Shown here: piece after piece, positions 60,328 to 64,000 of the stretch | How the letters are laid out: each line of letters opens with the position of its first letter | How positions within the stretch are numbered: position 1 is the stretch's first letter | Source of the DNA: Oligoflexia bacterium | Lineage (GTDB): Bacteria > Bdellovibrionota > UBA1018 | Length of the DNA: 64,000 nucleotides | Direction: 5' to 3' | NCBI GenBank assembly: GCA_963758495.1 | Contig: CAVWVI010000005.1 | Span: 100,809-164,808 of the forward strand | Translations under genes and position numbers: made by a program | The notes under the pieces: generated by a model | Told to the model about the DNA's origin: nothing | Database searches by the model: none | Seen by the model: only the letters and a program-made list of their open reading frames with translations

Positions 60328-61044
60328 TTATTTTTTCAGACGGTTCGAAGCTTCATCCTGTAGCGCCTCCCCAGTTCCTTGAGACAGAGCAGGTTGGTCG
60401 CCATGATGAGAATTCGCAGGACTACCAGGCGAGAGCAAGGTGTTCCAGATCACGGTTGCCTGGGGAACTCGGAGCAATGCCTCCCGGCTCTTTTCGAGCT
60501 TCGATTTAAGCTCAATCAGGGTTTGGTCAATCCTGAGACCTAGAGTCAGACGCCGCGATCCAAAGAGCGAGTCTCGGAGGGCCGTTTTGGTCATGATTTC
60601 GCTTTCCAATTCGGCCACTGATTTCGAGTGAAAGGCGATCTGTGACCGCTGGGAGAAGGCGGTTTGGACGACCGAACTCGAAATAGCCCAGGCGCTGTAC
60701 GAGTAGATCAGTAGGATCATGAGCTTGTAGAGGGCTCCCGTCCCTGTCGTTCGAGCTTTCATCAGGGCGAAGGCAAAGACGGCCCCCTCCAAGATGATTG
60801 CCTTGATATAGGCAGCTGCTTGGGTGCCATCTACAGCGGCGTAGAACCGGGCTGTCTCCGTTACCAAGTATCCCGTCATGGTGGCGACGAAAATCTGAAG
60901 TAGGAGAGTCCCCCAGGGGATTTGAAAAAGCTTCGACTCTCGATGATCCGAATTTTCAGGCTCTTTTCTCTTCGTTTTGAAAATCGGAATGACGTTCAGA
61001 ATCGAATTCCGTTTAGGTTTGTACTTGGCTTTAACTTTCTTCAA
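60328..61044 (-). CDS. Hypothetical membrane protein (three TM helices + coiled coil), possibly frameshifted near its C-terminus
   Basis: Hydrophobic segments; downstream of the rep-like gene. Confidence 0.55.
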   Translation of the reverse strand: MKKVKAKYKPKRNSILNVIPIFKTKRKEPENSDHRESKLFQIPWGTLLLQIFVATMTGYLVTETARFYAAVDGTQAAAYIKAIILEGAVFAFALMKARTTGTGALYKLMILLIYSYSAWAISSSVVQTAFSQRSQIAFHSKSVAELESEIMTKTALRDSLFGSRRLTLGLRIDQTLIELKSKLEKSREALLRVPQATVIWNTLLSPGSPANSHHGDQPALSQGTGEALQDEASNRLKK

Positions 61045-61104
61045 AATTATCGGCCCGGTTTTTCTGATAATGCTCTTTGTTATAATTTCGTTTTTCTTGG
61101 TGGG

Positions 61105-62715
61105 TCATGCTTTCCTCGTGTTTTTGGAAGTGATCTTGCGAAAAGCATGAGAGCGCAACACGTTGCCTCCAGAGTCAAAAGAGCGTTGCTTTAAAGCCCT
61201 CCCTGCTCCATTTTCCAGAAAATGGGAAATCACGAAGCTTTTGACGACTGGACTGTCCCATCCCATTTTCTTCCAGGAACTTCGGGTAAAGGGCAACCAG
61301 ACTTTGGATGACCTTTTCAGCAAAGCCACTCAACTCCGTTTGGACATGGGTAGATACTTAAGAGCGCCGAGTGGCGGATTCCATTTTGGTGGCCCATTCG
61401 TCCTGTTCCTGCTTTTCTCTCTCCTGCGCTTCTCTTTGTTTTTTCTCGTACTCTTGCTTGGCGGCCTCCTTTTCGGCTCTTTGGGCTTGGGCCTCTTTCA
61501 GGGCTTGTTCTCTTGAGCCAATTCTGGTACCGATTGAGATTCATCTCCCAATGGCCGTTGATCCAGACCATGGGGCTGTGGATTTTTCCTTCCTCGCCAG
61601 CCTTCCCGTTTCCATGGGCTTCGAGAAAGCTAACGACTGTTCCGCAAAGGTCGAAGAAGGGCTTTCCATGAGTGATAAAGAGTTCCTGAAAAATCTCTCT
61701 CTCTTTTTTGAGTTTCCAAATTTTCCGGATTTTTCGAAAGTCTCCCAGCGTGCACTCATGTCGTCAGGAAAGTCGGTTGCGTAAGAGAGAGATTCTTTCT
61801 TAGATTCTTGAATAAGATTCTTAGGCGGCTCGATTTCTGAATGATTTCCGACGCTTGATGCGCTGCTTGATGGGTTCGTTTGCCCCAGGTCAACCTGGGG
61901 TGATTTACCCTTTTTGTCACAGGGCGCATTACCCTGGGGTATGATTACCCTGGGTTTGTTTAACGTGGGTTCGATTACCCTTTCCGTGACTTCAAAATAG
62001 CTGTGATTCAGCGCCCAGAAATTCACTGTTTTGTGCGAGATTTTTTGAAGAACTGCTTTATTCAGGAGCTTCCTGAGAGCTGCGCGAAGATTGGAGCCGT
62101 CCATTCCTGTTTCGAGTTCAAACTCCTCGATGGTGATGGGGGCGAACATTTTTGGACTGACCTGAGCAATGGTCCGATCGTAGACGGTAAGGACGAGGGC
62201 GATGTCTACGAGCTTCAATCTGTGCTTGGTAGGGGCTCGTAAGACTCTCGACAGGCCATGCGCGAAGCGGCCCCAGCCTTCGGCGAGGTGTTGGGTTACC
62301 AGATTCGTTTGGGCATCGTGAGTCAGTAGACCCCCTTGGGTCACAGCTCCCTCGATCATCTTCTCTCTGCGCCGCTTGTGACGGCCAGCTAAGTGATCGT
62401 TCAAGTCGAAGCCTTGAGATTTTTCTGGGCCATTGGTCGGCTCTGCATGGGTAGAATCACTCTGAGTGGCATTACTCTGAGTATGTTTACCCTGGGTTAG
62501 ATCTACGTGGGGAACTTCAACCTGGGTACAATTACCCTGAGTTAAGTTACCCTGAGTTTGTTTACTCCAGAGCCCGCTGCTTTCGATCGGTGCCGAAGTC
62601 CCTGCCGGATCTTGGGGTGGGAGGGAGGAATGAAGGTCTGAGTCTTCGGAAGGATCAGGGGTTTGCCGGGTTGAATATTGCCAATCGCATTTCGTAGAAT
62701 AGATTTTCCGCTCAT
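61105..62715 (-). CDS. Putative replication initiator (HTH), apparently broken by several frameshifts
   Basis: ATG 62715 coupled to the parA stop with RBS AAGGAGG; central YDRT..ITIEEFELETGMDGSNLRAALRKL HTH; frames shift at a GA microsatellite near 61700 and elsewhere. Confidence 0.5.
62457..62557. repeat. 15-bp-period repeats (TTACCCTGRGT consensus), iteron-like; further copies at 61885-61981
   Basis: Units starting at 62457, 62472, 62487, 62517, 62532, 62547. Confidence 0.7.
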
Positions 62716-63593
62716 GATTGACCTCCTTGATTCGAATTGAGTCGCGTTGTGATTTCTCCAGCCAGCTTGAGATAATCTTCTGCACCCGAACTCATTGGAG
62801 CGTGATGGAAGATTGTGCGACCGAGGGCAGGGGCTTCCCGGAGTTTGACGGAGCGCCTGATCTTTGTCTGAAAGACTTGGTCACCGAAGCTTTCCTGGAG
62901 ACTGTCGAACACATCGGAAGTGATCAGGGTGTTATCGCAGAGGGTGAGGAGAAAGCCGAGAACTGCCACAGTTAGATTTGTTCCCGCTTGAATTTCCCCG
63001 ATCTCAGCGAGAAGAGATTTGATTCCCTGCAAAGCAAAAACGCCAGAATCTACAGGCACGATGACCCAGTCAGCTGCATTCAAAACGGAATTCATCAAAG
63101 GGCCGAAAGTAGGCGGTGAATCCAGCAAAACATAGGCATAGCGATCCCTGAGTTTTCTCAGACGTTGCGCCAGTCTCAACTCGCTGTTGGTCATGCCGAC
63201 CATTTCGCGTTCGAGTTGGGACAGTAGAGGAGTGGCAGGAATCAAGTCGACTGATTGACCTTTGTAAATGGCTCCGTCATCTGCGAGAGAGCGGTCCTTG
63301 ATCAGATCAGAAATGGAGACGTGTACCGTTTCCAGCTTGATCCCTGACGCCTGGGTGGCGTTGCCTTGTGGGTCGAAGTCGACGATGAGGATTCGATTTT
63401 CTGTTTGAGTGTGTTTTGGATTTTGTAAGGTGAGAGCGTGGGCCAGATTAACCGTGGTTGTGGTTTTTCCGACACCGCCTTTTTGATTTGCGATTGCAAT
63501 GATTGGGTGGGTGCTGCTTTGCGGTTTCATTTTTTTCCCTATGGCCTTTGCTTGTTCGGTAACGCCATTTGTTGCTCTATTTGTGTTTGACAA
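62712..63593 (-). CDS. parA: ParA/Soj-family ATPase
   Basis: NQKGGVGKTTT, DFDPQGNAT, LDSPP, IRRSVKLREAP. Confidence 0.93.
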   Translation of the reverse strand: MSNTNRATNGVTEQAKAIGKKMKPQSSTHPIIAIANQKGGVGKTTTTVNLAHALTLQNPKHTQTENRILIVDFDPQGNATQASGIKLETVHVSISDLIKDRSLADDGAIYKGQSVDLIPATPLLSQLEREMVGMTNSELRLAQRLRKLRDRYAYVLLDSPPTFGPLMNSVLNAADWVIVPVDSGVFALQGIKSLLAEIGEIQAGTNLTVAVLGFLLTLCDNTLITSDVFDSLQESFGDQVFQTKIRRSVKLREAPALGRTIFHHAPMSSGAEDYLKLAGEITTRLNSNQGGQS

Positions 63594-63720
63594 TTGGTCC
63601 GTATTCCGCGAGCATAAGGGAGTACGGACCAGGGGATTTCGGCCAAGAAAGCCCCGGTGGTTGGCGGATATCAGTCGTAAAGTTTGCAGCTCACAGACTG
63701 ATTGCCGCGAAAGATTCTGA

Positions 63721-63749
63721 AAAAGCTCACCCTCAAAAAGTGAGCTTTT
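63721..63749. other. 10-bp inverted repeat upstream of parA
   Basis: aaaagctcac-cctcaaaaa-gtgagctttt; terminator or protein-binding site. Confidence 0.5.
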
Positions 63750-64000
63750 TCTATTTATGGGGGTTTGAAGTTGCTGGACATAGCTCGGCCCTCCTTTCCG
63801 AATCGTGTCTCAATGTGTGAGGAACACGATTTTAGAAGAGCCGCATCGTAGGAAAAAAATAGGAAGAAAATAGGAAATTCCCGAAATCTCGCGACTGATT
63901 GGGAAATGTCGAAGCTACGAAACTCTCGTAACTGCTTGAAACCTAACCCCCAGAAACGACAAAAGCTTTTTCGATTTCTCGAAAAAGCTTTGTAAATTTT

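Overview
A 64-kb bacterial accessory region (moderate GC; gene style suggests Bdellovibrionota/Oligoflexia-like, inference only). Left to right: (1) an atypical polymorphic-toxin locus (secreted phage tail-collar-like protein, 1918-aa FHA/DUF637-type toxin with no adjacent TpsB, immunity genes, two orphan toxin/immunity modules separated by an IS110 element and repeats); (2) stress, metabolic and efflux genes (PPK2, RND system, kup, rpiA, GH15, PQQ sugar dehydrogenase, ABC exporter) mixed with gene fragments; (3) nested IS66/IS21/IS21 elements, a HigBA-type TA pair and a DDE transposase; (4) the most notable locus, 53.2-58.5 kb: a signal-peptide-bearing ankyrin + RING-IBR-RING (RBR) E3-ligase-like protein followed by two secreted BTB/POZ + C-type-lectin (FGE-sulfatase fold) paralogs. 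The 3' ends of these paralogs carry a clear diversity-generating-retroelement (DGR) variable-region signature (adenine-pattern mismatches, conserved 3' flank, GRA-loop hairpins). No reverse transcriptase or template repeat is visible in the window; (5) a ParA + Rep-like replicon module with iteron-like repeats. Several frameshifts, mostly toward the right end, may be sequencing indels. No rRNA, tRNA or CRISPR array was seen. All domain calls come from visual motif recognition, not database searches.
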